Part shown: piece after piece, positions 11,419 through 23,200 of the stretch
Position numbering within the stretch: position 1 is the first letter of the stretch
Layout of the letters: every line of letters starts with the position of its first letter
NCBI RefSeq assembly: GCF_964204645.1
Contig: NC_134025.1
Location: forward strand, 310,001-374,000
Direction of reading: 5' to 3'
Source of the DNA: Tubulanus polymorphus
Taxonomy: Eukaryota > Animalia > Nemertea
Length of the DNA stretch: 64,000 nt
Made by a program: the position numbers and the translations under genes
Notes under the pieces: model-generated
Told to the model about the DNA's origin: nothing
Databases searched by the model: none
The model's input: the letters and a program-made list of their open reading frames with translations, nothing else

Positions 11419-14400
11419 ATGATTGTTGAGTTTGAGTTTGTTTAGATGGAGATGTACTGGTATAAACAGCAGGTTGAGGAGGTCTAGTCCGTGGTGCCGG
11501 TGTATTCAATGGTGATTCTATATCCTCATCAGTAACAGTAGAATCAGATGAATAATGTTTATTTCTGCCGCTCATGCTGCTCGTGTTGTTGGTTGTGTAT
11601 TGACGACTGGAGGCTGTTGTATGGTGACGTGATGAAGGTCGTGTTCTACTCATACCAATAAACTGTGCCTGAAATCCAACAGTTCAAATCAGAACAATTC
11701 TTCACAGCTATATCTGTACAGCCAGGGCTGGGTTTGGGAGGGTATTTTTGGGGATCACTTTGGGGAAGATTTTGGGTCTTTTTTGTCAACTCAGAGATTG
11801 TTAAACCTGCAAATTTGACACTCATCCTAAAAATAGCTGCATCTTTTCAAAAATGAGGAACTCTTCTTGCGACCTACAGGCTTGACTGCTTTATCCAAGA
11901 GAAAACCTTCCTTATCTTTTCAGCCCCAGCCTCTATTTTCCTAGAGCTGATTTAGGTCTTATAAAGATGCAATTTGTCTCTTAAAGAACCCAGGTCCACA
12001 AATGTCAGTTAAAACAATGCCGGATATGAACTGATTGAGTCAAATTAGTCCAAAAGCAGCAATTCATTAATACCGAACAATAAACATGTATTGAAATGAT
12101 TCACTGTAATTTTACCTGTTGTAAGTCAAATTGTTTCTCCTGCATTTTCTCCAAATAATCCAATCGTTTTTGAGTTAAATCGTTCAGTTGTTTTTCTAAT
12201 TCATTCATTCTGAATTCATCTCTTTCCGAAGTCGGTAAATTTTTCTCCTCAGCGTTTGAAAGTTTTGTCATAAAATCGGCGAGTTTAGTTTCTAAATCGT
12301 GTTGAGCCTTTAAAATATACACAAAACAATAACTTATTACAAATAACATCATCAGGTTTCAGTGAGGAGTCATCCTTAGTGAATGGGCGCGAGGAAATTG
12401 TTACAAGATTTGCCTAGCTAATTTCATTTCAATATTTTGGTTTCTTTGTTAAGAATTCAGTTAGAATATAAGTCTATCATCTATAGTTAACAAAACCTTT
12501 TTCTGAAAAACTGCTTTAGAGAAAATTTGCTATATAATCCCATGAATGTAAGAATGAACCTAGTATTCTAATGATGATAAGATTGAAACCTTGATGAATG
12601 GTTGAGTAATAGCCAGTGCTGCTGATGCTGCTACTGCTGCTGTTAAACTATCTTTATTATTGTGTTCTGTGGTTTTTTCATCCTCTGTTTTATAATCAGT
12701 AAGTAATGTAGGTTGAACTACTCGTTTCACCGGTCCGCGCTGATCTTGCCTGAAACATAAACACGGGTTCATCTTATAAACGTAAGCTACAGGGAGCAGT
12801 CATGGCTAAGATTTAATCATTTAAGTTGTATAGCCAACTTGCGACTAGTCTTAAGATTTGGGACAACTTTCGCACTTAACTCGTGACTATGCAAGTGATC
12901 CTTGAAGGTTTTTGATAAATTGCAAATTTACCTTTGACTGAAAATGTTTCTGACTTTATCTTGCGTTGATCCGAACCGTGAGATGGTTATTTCGTTAGTA
13001 GGTTTATGTATAAGTATCTCTGAACCACTGACCGGTTCTCCTTGTATCAGTTTCACTGCTGGTTTATTACTCAACATCTACAGAATACAACATTCAAATC
13101 ATATATTTCAATCTAGATCCGATCCTACAGTTTGTGACTCTACAGATATAATTAGTTCAATTCCAATGTTTCAACTCAAGAGTTGAATTTAAAAACACAA
13201 ATGTCAAACTGGATTCAGGACCCCAGTTTTTTCAGTTCACAGTTCAGTTTGATTTGAATAAGTCATTTTTAACTGTGATAATTGTCAAATTAATAGTGAG
13301 AGCAGTGCGATGACACCGGCTTTGAGTTGCTATCAATCAGTGAATCAGTTAATGTTTAAATACCTTTGTTTTAGAAGCAAGTCGATCTCTAGCTGTTGCT
13401 AATGATTTAGGATCATTTTGTACTGTTGTCGTGCTTCCTGTTGATATAACTCTTTTTCTCTGTGAAAGATCTTGATCGCTCTTATACTGAGGCAGACTTT
13501 GCTGGCTCCCTCCGGACTGTCTGAGATCCTGCTGGCTCCATCCGGACTGTCTGAGGTCCTGCTGGCTACCTCCGGACTGTCTGAGTTCCTGCTGGTTACC
13601 TCTAGACTGTCTGAGATCCTGCTGGCTACCTCCGGACTGTCTGAGATCCTGCTGGTTACCTCCAGACTGTCTGAGGTCCTGCTGGCTCCCTCCAGACTGT
13701 CTGAGGTCCTGCTGGCTACCTCCGGACTGTCTGAGTTCCTGCTGGTTACCTCTAGACTGTCTGAGTTCCTGCTGGCTTCCTCTGGACTGTCTGAGATCCT
13801 GCTGGTTACCTCTAGACTGTCTGAGTTCCTGCTGGCTTCCTCCTCCGGGCTGTGGCAAGTCCTGTTGGCTTCTATCAGTTGATCCTGCATAATGCTGGCT
13901 TCCTCTCATGTCCTGCAGGTTACCCATGGGCAGTCTGATGTCTTGCTGGGTATTGGGCAGTCTCATGTCCTGCAGGTTACCCATGGGTAGTCTCATGTCT
14001 TGCTGGCCACTGGGCAGTCCCATATCTTGCAGGTTATCAGTAGTCAGTCTGATATCTTGCTGGCTACTCACAGATTTTTGTAGTTCTCTCATTGATTCCT
14101 GTTGGCTTCCAGATGAAACTGTTGAAGGTGAATGTGCATGAACTGTTACAACACGTTCCTCAACAGTGAATATATCTGGTGTTGATTGACGAGAACCTGT
14201 TGCAAAAACACATACAACTCATTACGTTCAATCGCTAATAATCATATCTTCACTAGATTTAGAATATAATACCTACCTCCTTCCCAAATAACATCCTTCC
14301 CTGTTACAAGAGATGTAGAAGATTGCAGAGTTAGATCAGATGACGCGGGTTTAAGTTGAGCCGATCGCCCGAGTCCAGAATCGGTTGATTTCGCAGCAGC

Positions 14401-15264
14401 AGCAGCAGCAGCAGCTGTGGGTGATGTTTGATTCTGCTCATTCAACGGTACTAACGGGGGTTCTATTTCTCGTTGCCGTGGGGATATAGCGGGAATACTG
14501 CGGGCCGATCTATTCGTTTCGGACAGCGCCCCCTGTTGACCGGGAGTTGAAGTAATCAACGCGGAATCTGAAGCGTTTATAACTGATAAATCTTTTCCGT
14601 CTAAAAAACAATTCCACATTTGAGACGAATTTGAACGATTCTCTTTGGTCGGAACAACATCTAAATCTTCACAACTCTCATTATCGGGTGGAATCTGGTC
14701 GGAATCGGGTGGAATCTGGTCCGAATCGAGTGGAATCTGGTCGGAATCGGGTGGAATCTGATCAGGAGAAATTACTCGCCGATATTGTTCATGATTGAAT
14801 GAATCAATAAGTGATGTTTGAGGGAACGATTGATCAATCAGTCGTCCCTGAGATAAACCACTTTTATTCGCTGTTTTCTCGACTGCCGGTGTTCTATACT
14901 CGAGGGGTGGAGGTAAATCAAGAAGAAGTTCTTGTGTTTCAAACGGAGATTTAATTTCGCGTAGTTTTTTAATGGAGAGTTTAACTTTGTGAGCTCTGTT
15001 TGAGAGGAAGCTGCTCTCGTGAAGACTGGAACCGATCGATGTGTTGCTAGCCGGTTCTATAAGAGTTGAACGTATTAACACTTCGCTAGCTGTGGAACTC
15101 GGTTGAGAATTATCCGATGAATTATGATCGGATAATTCGGTAGTTTTAGTCGCGTGTTGAGCCGCAGTGTTGGTTATTGATACGAGTTCTGTTCCGTCGC
15201 TGATACAACTTATATCTTTATTATTCAACAGAGCAACAACATCAAATTCTTCGGTTTTATTCAT
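11419..15264 (-). CDS. KIAA0586: TALPID3/KIAA0586-like centriolar ciliogenesis protein, N-terminal part only (exons 15264-14277, 14196-13364, 13077-12932, 12749-12590, 12307-12116, 11668-~11419)
   Basis: In-phase GT-AG exons. Motifs AAVAASAALAITQPFIK-AQHDLETKL, KRLDYLEKMQEKQFDLQ and SPLNTPAPR resemble vertebrate TALPID3 (from memory: [47 protein letters not shown]). Confidence 0.8.
13500..14070 (-). repeat. Coding tandem repeats inside TALPID3 exon (30-bp SQQ(D/E)LRQSGG x~12; QDMRLP-type units)
   Basis: ORF 13349-14092 is in frame with the flanking splice sites. Confidence 0.85.
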
Positions 15265-15867
15265 CTGAAAAAACAAATAAATACATGTGTCCTTTAAATA
15301 CTTAGACTATAAACTTTTACTAAAATTCATTTGGAAATATATATTTTCTTTATTTTCAAATCAGTGAAATATTTATAGCATTGCCGAATACAGAGTTTTT
15401 GAGGGCCGGTTTTGGATTGTCTTTATCAAGAGATATTTATTGAATCCATTGCGATGGAAAAATGCATTTCAAATCTGTGTCATAATTACACGCTTTTTTT
15501 ATTTTAGCGGCGCGGGTAAAGCAGTGCGATTTATTTTTCTCGCTTTTTTCAAATTTTTCTAATGGTTTAATTTACCACTGCTGTTTTGTGAAAGGAATTT
15601 CTAATGCTCTTTTGAAATGATAGGTAACTTGACACACTATATTCAAAATATCTAATTCATACTATAGATGTTGAATAAACCGTGTATTTAATTTGTATTT
15701 GTTTGTTTGGATAGTTAGTGGCGGGCAGTGAGTGAATTAAACTCACTGTGAGTGACTCGTGAGTGAATTGTGAGTGAATTGTGAGTGAATTGTGAACAAC
15801 AGCCGCCAGTCACACACCACACACAGTTTCTACTATCTGATTCATATGTGAGTAGAATTCAGTTTAC

Positions 15868-16174
15868 CTTCAATCCTAACTTTGTAATTCAATAAAGTAA
15901 TCACTATCTATTCAAATCATTCAGTTTTGGCGCTGCTTACTTCCGGGTTATGAGCTCTGGCACGCGAGTTTCAATTCAATCTACACTTTATTGAACAAAT
16001 TTCTTTTTGTACAAATAAACGATTTAATGAAATTGATTGGACACAAATTGCGACTCATAAATGATGAGAAAAAGATAATCAGATGTATTTAATTATTGCG
16101 GCAGTAGGTAACACAGCGCCATCTAGTGGCATTCGTGATATTGTTTCTACTTCCGGTGCAGTGAGGGGTTGAAA
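15868..16174. promoter_or_regulatory. Bidirectional promoter region TALPID3 / ATP5PB, including a probable non-coding TALPID3 first exon (donor at ~15868)
   Basis: Head-to-head genes; ETS-like ACTTCCGG at ~15939 and ~16149; CTCF-like GCGCCATCTAGTGGC at ~16116. Confidence 0.6.
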
Positions 16175-18128
16175 ATGTTGTCGCGAATCGCTTTAAAACC
16201 AGGTAAAAACTACAATAAATCATTAATTTAATCGATAAAACTGAACTTCTAATGATTGTTGATATTTAATTGTATTTATTGAATGGTTAAATGATAATGG
16301 AGCAGATTAAACGCCACAAACAGAAGACGGTTTGGTTTACTTCCGATTTGACCTTCTTCCCAAGTCAGGACTGACCCGATTCGGGGTTTGACCCTTCTCT
16401 ATTCGGTGGCCTCTATAAATAATTCCGTATGTTGATATTGTTGTAGGTGTACTGGCACAAGTAAGGCCACAATGCTTGTGAGTATTTATACAACACTTTT
16501 CATTCTCTAAGATACTGATTTTCTATTTTACTGATTGATTGATTGATTGACAGGTCGGCAGTTGTAAGGCAAGCGAGTGATCAACCCTCACAGGATGTCG
16601 CCAAACAAACACAGATACAGAAAGCGCACGCATTATACAACGGCCCGGAACGAGACGTGAAGAATTTCCCTGTTGATAAAATGCCCGATGAAGCGCCACC
16701 TGTAAAATATGGATTCATTCCGGAATCGTGGTTTCAGGCGTTCTATGATAAAACTGGTGTCACAGGTAAAAACCATTCAATTAGACACTTCACAATTCAA
16801 ACTGAACTGATTTGAGCTGAAACTGAACCCAGAACACAATTCCACATTTCAGCAACCAGTTCCACATTTCTAGACACAGTTCCACAGTTCTGGACCCAGG
16901 ACTCCTGAACTGTGTGAATAAATCCGATGACTGACTGTATGGTTAATGTGTTTTTCAGGGCCGTATCTGTTTGGAGGTGGTTTATTGACATATTTATTGT
17001 CTAAAGAGATCTGGGTCGTTGATCACGGTTTCACTGAGTTCCTCAGTTTCTGGACGGCTATTTATATCGTGAACAGGAAATTCGGTAAAACAATCGCTGA
17101 TTATCTGGATAAAAGAGTTGAGGTAAATAGAGGAGTGGACTCTGTGGACTCGAGTATTCAGAGAACAGATCAGTGATTATAAATGAGTGAATTATATTTG
17201 AATTTTAGGATCGTCAGGAGAAACTGTATTATCGACCAATCAGAGAAGCTCGTAAAGGTTACGAACAGTTGATTCAAGTTGCTGAAGAAGATATCGCGAG
17301 GCAGGACGCGCAGAAAATGTTATTCGAAGCTAAACGCGTAAGAATTCTGTGTTCCTTATTTTATCAACACCCCGCATTCTACTTTATTAGTTACCTACAG
17401 TTGATTAACACTTTGCCTCTTTCTTAGAGTTCCTATAAATCGACATCCTAGTCTCTCTGAGAAATGATGCCTTCTCTTTTGTGTTTCATTAAATAGAGTT
17501 TGTTAATATTTTTATTTCAGGAAAATGTGAATCTTCAGTTAGAGGCTATTTATAGACAGCGTTTGGCTGATGTTCATCAACAAGTGAAAAATCGTCTGGT
17601 AAATGAAATCATTATTTATAGAATGATAGGATAGATGAGGATTTGATTTTGAATGTTGTGTGTTTTGTGTTATAGGATTATCAGCTGGATGTACAACAAA
17701 CTAAACGTAGATTTGAACAAGAACACATGGTTGATTGGATCATTAGTAATGTCGTGAAAAATATCTCACCGCAACAGGTAACACAATCCCTCCCAGCTTC
17801 CCACTCCCCTAGCCCCCTCACATTGAGTTAAATACCCCTCCCCTACCTCATATTGTCTGAGTTACTGTATCTCATCCAGTGTGTACAATGTAACAATGAG
17901 TTGATTGTCTCAGATTATCACACGTCACTGATTACAAAATATTTAAAATTTCCCAACTGCGATTCATGTTGCTGTGACTGCCCCAGAATGCTGCCTCATT
18001 GAGTCCATTGAGACACGTGGCACAGTGTATGTAGAGTATTAATTATTGATGTTATTATATTTCAGGAGAAGGAGAGTGTAACTAAATGTATAGCTGATTT
18101 GAAAGGATTAGCCGCTGTCCGGGCTTAA
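16175..18128 (+). CDS. ATP5PB: Mitochondrial ATP synthase peripheral stalk subunit b (exons 16175-16202, 16447-16477, 16554-16765, 16959-17122, 17209-17337, 17521-17598, 17676-17777, 18066-18128)
   Basis: MLSR presequence, [67 protein letters not shown]; GT-AG exons in phase; AATAAA downstream. Confidence 0.96.
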
Positions 18129-18299
18129 ATAAATCATTAACAAAACTGAACTAATTTTTAACGCGTTGTTTAATTTAACTGAAAGAATTCTGTAGCGAAG
18201 TGTGTTGTGTACAATAGAATAAATTACTCATCAATTTCATTCTGATTTAAAAAGCTTTTCATTTGTTTTTGTGGTTGATGAAGTTTTTCCTGCAGAGAA

Positions 18300-19415
18300 A
18301 TAGGATTCATCAGCTCCCTCTTAACCCTACTGGGATTCATCAGCTCCCTCTTAACCCTACTGGGATACATCAGCTCCCCCTTAACCCTACTGGGATACAT
18401 CAGCTCCCCCTTAACCCTACTGGGATACATCAGCTCCCTCTTAACCCTACTGGGATACATCAGCTCCCCCTTAACCCTACTGGGATTCATCAGCTCCCTC
18501 TTAACCCTACTGGGATACATCAGCTCCCCCTTAACCCTACTGGGATACATCAGCTCCCCCTTAACCCTACTGGGATACATCAGCTCCCCCTTAACCCTAC
18601 TGGGATACATCAGCTCCCTCTTAACCCTACTGGGATACATCAGCTCCCTCTTAACCCTACTGGGATACATCAGCTCCCCCTTAACTCTACTAGGATACAT
18701 CAGCTCCCTCTTAACCCTACTGGGATACATCAGCTCCCCCTTAACCCTACTGGGATACATCAGCTCCCTCTTAACCCTACTGGGATACATCAGCTCCCTC
18801 TTAACCCTACTGGGATTCATCAGCTCCCTCTTAACCCTACTGGGATTCATCAGCTCCCTCTTAACCCTACTGGGATACATCAGCTCCCCCTTAACCCTAC
18901 TGGGATACATCAGCTCCCCCTTAACCCTACTGGGATACATCAGCTCCCCCTTAACCCTACTGGGATACATCAGCTCCCTCTTAACCCTACTGGGATACAT
19001 CAGCTCCCTCTTAACCCTACTGGGATACATCAGCTCCCCCTTAACTCTACTAGGATACATCAGCTCCCTCTTAACCCTACTGGGATACATCAGCTCCCTC
19101 TTAACCCTACTGGGATACATCAGCTCCCTCTTAACCCTACTGGGATACATCAGCTCCCTCTTAACCCTACTGGGATTCATCAGCTCCCTCTTAACCCTAC
19201 TGGGATACATCAGCTCCCCCTTAACCCTACTGGGATTCATCAGCTCCCTCTTAACCCTACTGGGATACATCAGCTCCCTCTTAACCCTACTGGGATTCAT
19301 CAGCTCCCTCTTAACCCTACTGGGATACATCAGCTCCCCCTTAACCCTACTGGGATACATCAGCTCCCCCTTAACCCTACTGGGATTCATCAGCTCCCTC
19401 TTTATAACCCTACTA
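18300..19415. repeat. 30-bp minisatellite TGGGAT(A/T)CATCAGCTCCC(C/T)CTTAACCCTAC, ~37 copies
   Basis: Seen directly; lies between the convergent 3' ends of ATP5PB and aminopeptidase copy A. Confidence 0.97.
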
Positions 19416-19569
19416 CACTCAAACTGATGGTTGATAACTTAAATGGACAATTTGGGACAAATCCTAAAGCCATGACTCGACTGTACAACTGATCCCCAGG
19501 GTCCCATTTCTCGACTCTCTTCTAAAACTGATTGAACACACACACAGGTAGAACTGGACCACGCTCAAG

Positions 19570-19970
19570 GGACCTCACAGACTGGTCACTCAGTCTCCAC
19601 GGACCTCAGATAAACTGGTCACTCAGTCTCCACGGACCTCAGATAAACTGGTCACTCAGTCTCCACGGACCTCGCAGATAAACTGGTCACTCAGTCTCCA
19701 TGGACCTCGCAGATAAACTGGTCACGCAGTCTCCACGGACCTCGCAGATAAACTGGTCACTCAGTCTCCACGGACCTCGCAGATAAACTGGTCACTCAGT
19801 CTCCACGGACCTCGCAGATAAACTGGTCACTCAGTCTCCACGGACCTCGCAGATAAACTGGTCACTCAGTCTCCACGGACCTCGCAGATAAACTGGTCAC
19901 TCAGTCTCCACGGACCTCACAGATAAACTGGTCACTCAGTCTCCACGGACCTCGCAGATAAACTGGTCAC
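19570..19970. repeat. 33-35-bp minisatellite GGACCTCGCAGATAAACTGGTCACTCAGTCTCCAC, ~11 copies (about 2.5 copies at 29719-29810)
   Basis: Seen directly; contains the duplication breakpoint. Confidence 0.95.
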
Positions 19971-20227
19971 ACTCCATAGACAAAGACTCCCTTGATATAT
20001 CAATATACAAATTATCATTTCTTTATAAGTACAAATATTTGTTGATGGTAAAAAATTGATTTTTCTCCTGGACGATGAGAAGGAAACCTCTTGTTTATAC
20101 ATCCACGTGCCAGGGGTAGGCACGCTTCTTCTAACTAGACAGAGGTAACAGGAGATTATCATATAAAGTGTATATACTACAAGCTATGAATAGAGTTGTG
20201 ATGGGGATGATTTGAGGAGGCGGAGAG

Positions 20228-23200
20228 TTACATCGATAAAACTATTGTTACAATTATTCCAACGATAAAAGTCCATTTAGCTCGAAAATTATTGGAATTA
20301 TTAAATATTGCGGCTTCTGATATTTTCTTAGTCCGTAGCCGTAGCCACTCGTAAGCGTCAAAGTGACCTTGACGTTTCAGTTCATTACCAATTACACTTA
20401 AACATCTCTCATTGTAGTAATTCAACCATTTCCTCTGCAAAAACAATAGAAAACCGTTACATTGCATTTGCTTAGATTTTTCTGAGTTTGTAATCGTCAC
20501 TTTCGACTGAACTTTCTGCAATGCGATAACTGTGCACCACGACCTACAATTATACAGAGCTGTTTTTGATATTTACCTGATCTTGAGACAACATCGAATA
20601 ATTGATGAGATTTGGTTCGAACGGAACCAATGTTATTGGTTCCCACGTCAAATACCTATCACCACCAAAGTTATGCTACAAAAAAACCCATCCAACAATA
20701 GTCATAAATATTTCAATTTGCTGGTGATTCCAGGTTTATAGAATGTTTGTATTTCTCACCTTTGTTTTCGCTTTTGTGACCATAAGAATTGTTTCTAATC
20801 TAATTCCAAATTTACCATCCTCGTAATACCCGGGTTCTACAAGACAAACACACAAAATTATCATGTTATAAAGACTAATACAGCTCAGTTGTGTAGCGGA
20901 TACAGGGGGTCTATGTGCTGGAGGTCGGCCGGGTTTGAGCCAATCTGCGGTTAGGGTAAGTAAGGGTGTCGACTTGCCTGGAAGATTTTTTTTTTTAATT
21001 TCTTACTGCGGTTCCAGCTCTCAACTAACAATAACATTTATGGCGAATCTTGGGTTGAGAGGTTTTGAAAAAGATCAGCCTCAATTGAAAAAAGATTTCT
21101 TACCATCTGATAAAAACATTCCTTCCATTAACGCATTATCATCACCACCTTGAGAAACACCAGATCCAATCCCTATCGGCCCTATAGAAATACGATTCAT
21201 ATTGATCTGAATCACAGAATTATCATCAGTGTAAAGAAGTTCATTGATTTACCTTCATGAACGCTGAGATAGGCTCCTATACCGTGATCAGTATCGTGTC
21301 TGTAATTTAAACCTACAGACCATAGGGGTTCACGAGCTTTTATATCCAATTCTCTCCCTGTATAACAGATTAAACACATCCCATTTTCATTATAGGCTCG
21401 TCGTATTATGACTATATACATCTAAAGTTTGTTATAAATTCCATCTTCACAGAAACAGCAATAAATGTTATTCTAATGTATTATACGTATTCATCACTGT
21501 TTCTGTGAAAATGAGATTTCGATTTATAAACTTTGAAATATCATCAATTGTGAGATTCATCACTGAGAGAATATATCAGCATCAGTCAACATATGATCTC
21601 ATTCTTCATGAAATCATTTAGATTTATCTGATGGAATCTTACCCAGTGTTTCCACTGGCCAAACAGCCATAGCTACATTTATAGATCCCATTAAAACTCG
21701 CGTGTAGGTCTCCTAAAAACCGGTGAAACAAACAACGTTAAACAAGATGGACCTAAATGATGAAGTCCTCGCTAAAAAATTCAGATCAGTTCCATCATTT
21801 TCGGTTAAGTTCGAATCTTGGGTCTTAAAATTTTCAATATGTCTTTACTCCAGATTCAGATTTTGGGAATTGTTGTCCCTCTTAAGCCTAAGCCTCGAAT
21901 CTGGGACCTCTGACATTTTGCCATATGTGCAAACATCTACACCTGGAGTCAGTGGTGGTCATAGATTCAGATCTTAACCGACAACTGTGGAACTGAAGCG
22001 TGGACCTACTATTTCCCAAGGTGTTGGTTCTCCATAATGAAAAGTTCTCGTGACATCAGTGGTACCTTCACTGTTACAAATATAAAACACTATCTCTGTT
22101 AGAATCAAATGTCACATCGAGAATCTGAATCAGTCTCCTCAATTAGTTTCTTTATTCTGGACTGTAGCTTCTTGAAGATAACTATCAGTTTACAGTCGGA
22201 ACGTTGAAAAAATTATTATTGGCTCAAGGAAACATTTCAGACTCTTTTTATTCTTAGTGTGCAGGGATTTTATGTCATCTTTACAACACGGACTCAGAGT
22301 GTTTCACCAATGGTATATAAAGTTATAGATAGCAATTTTGTATAATTGCATTCAGTTAATACATAAGCGTCACAAAGGCATTGTACGTAATGGGGTACTT
22401 ACAGATATTGTAAGGGGGTGGGTGGGTGTGGGGTACTTACAGATATTGTCCTCCTGAGTCTAATAAATACATTTCTTTATTAGTAATCTCTCTATCAGTA
22501 ATATTAGTAGGTGTATAATGTATAATGGCACCATGTGGTCCTGCCGCAGATATCGTTCCAAAACTTAAACCTTTATTATCCGGTTGTTCGCTGTATGGAT
22601 AGAAAACATTCAGATTTCTATTTTCAAAACCTCTTTAATTCAAATGCTCTTTCAGCACTGAAGACGTTTATATACTCAATTGCTATGAGCCATTTTCAAA
22701 AAAGAGAGTAGTAACGTTTTGAAAATGGCTGATGGAATTGAGTCGCAAAGTTTCTACAGCTTACCGTCTGTACTTTTCAAGTACATTAGCAGCCGACAAT
22801 TCAGTCCAATATTTGCCTTCTTTTACCTGGAAATTTCACAAATTATGTTCACGACATAACAACATAGTTTAATTACGGGTTTGGTTTGAGTAAGATTTTA
22901 TATACAAACCTCTCGTTCTAGTTTAGTTAGAAATTGTATCAAAGCTATCGCATCTTTAACCTACAAATTAAACATGATACTCATCAAATATAGGTTTACA
23001 CATCACAGTCATCTGAACCCAGTTCTTGGTTTAATTTCACTCCACTTCAATGAGTTAATTATAGAATCAAATCTGAACTCGCAACTGCGGAACTGGATTC
23101 TGATTGGTGAAATCTGACACTAAAGGTTTTGTCAATGAGACTTCACTATAAGTCGTCATCTTAAAGACTTATGACTTACACGTAGAATTGAACTCAAAAA

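Noticed and set aside
18224-19492. 388-aa and 409-aa ORFs on opposite strands
   Set aside because: Both are translations of the 30-bp minisatellite
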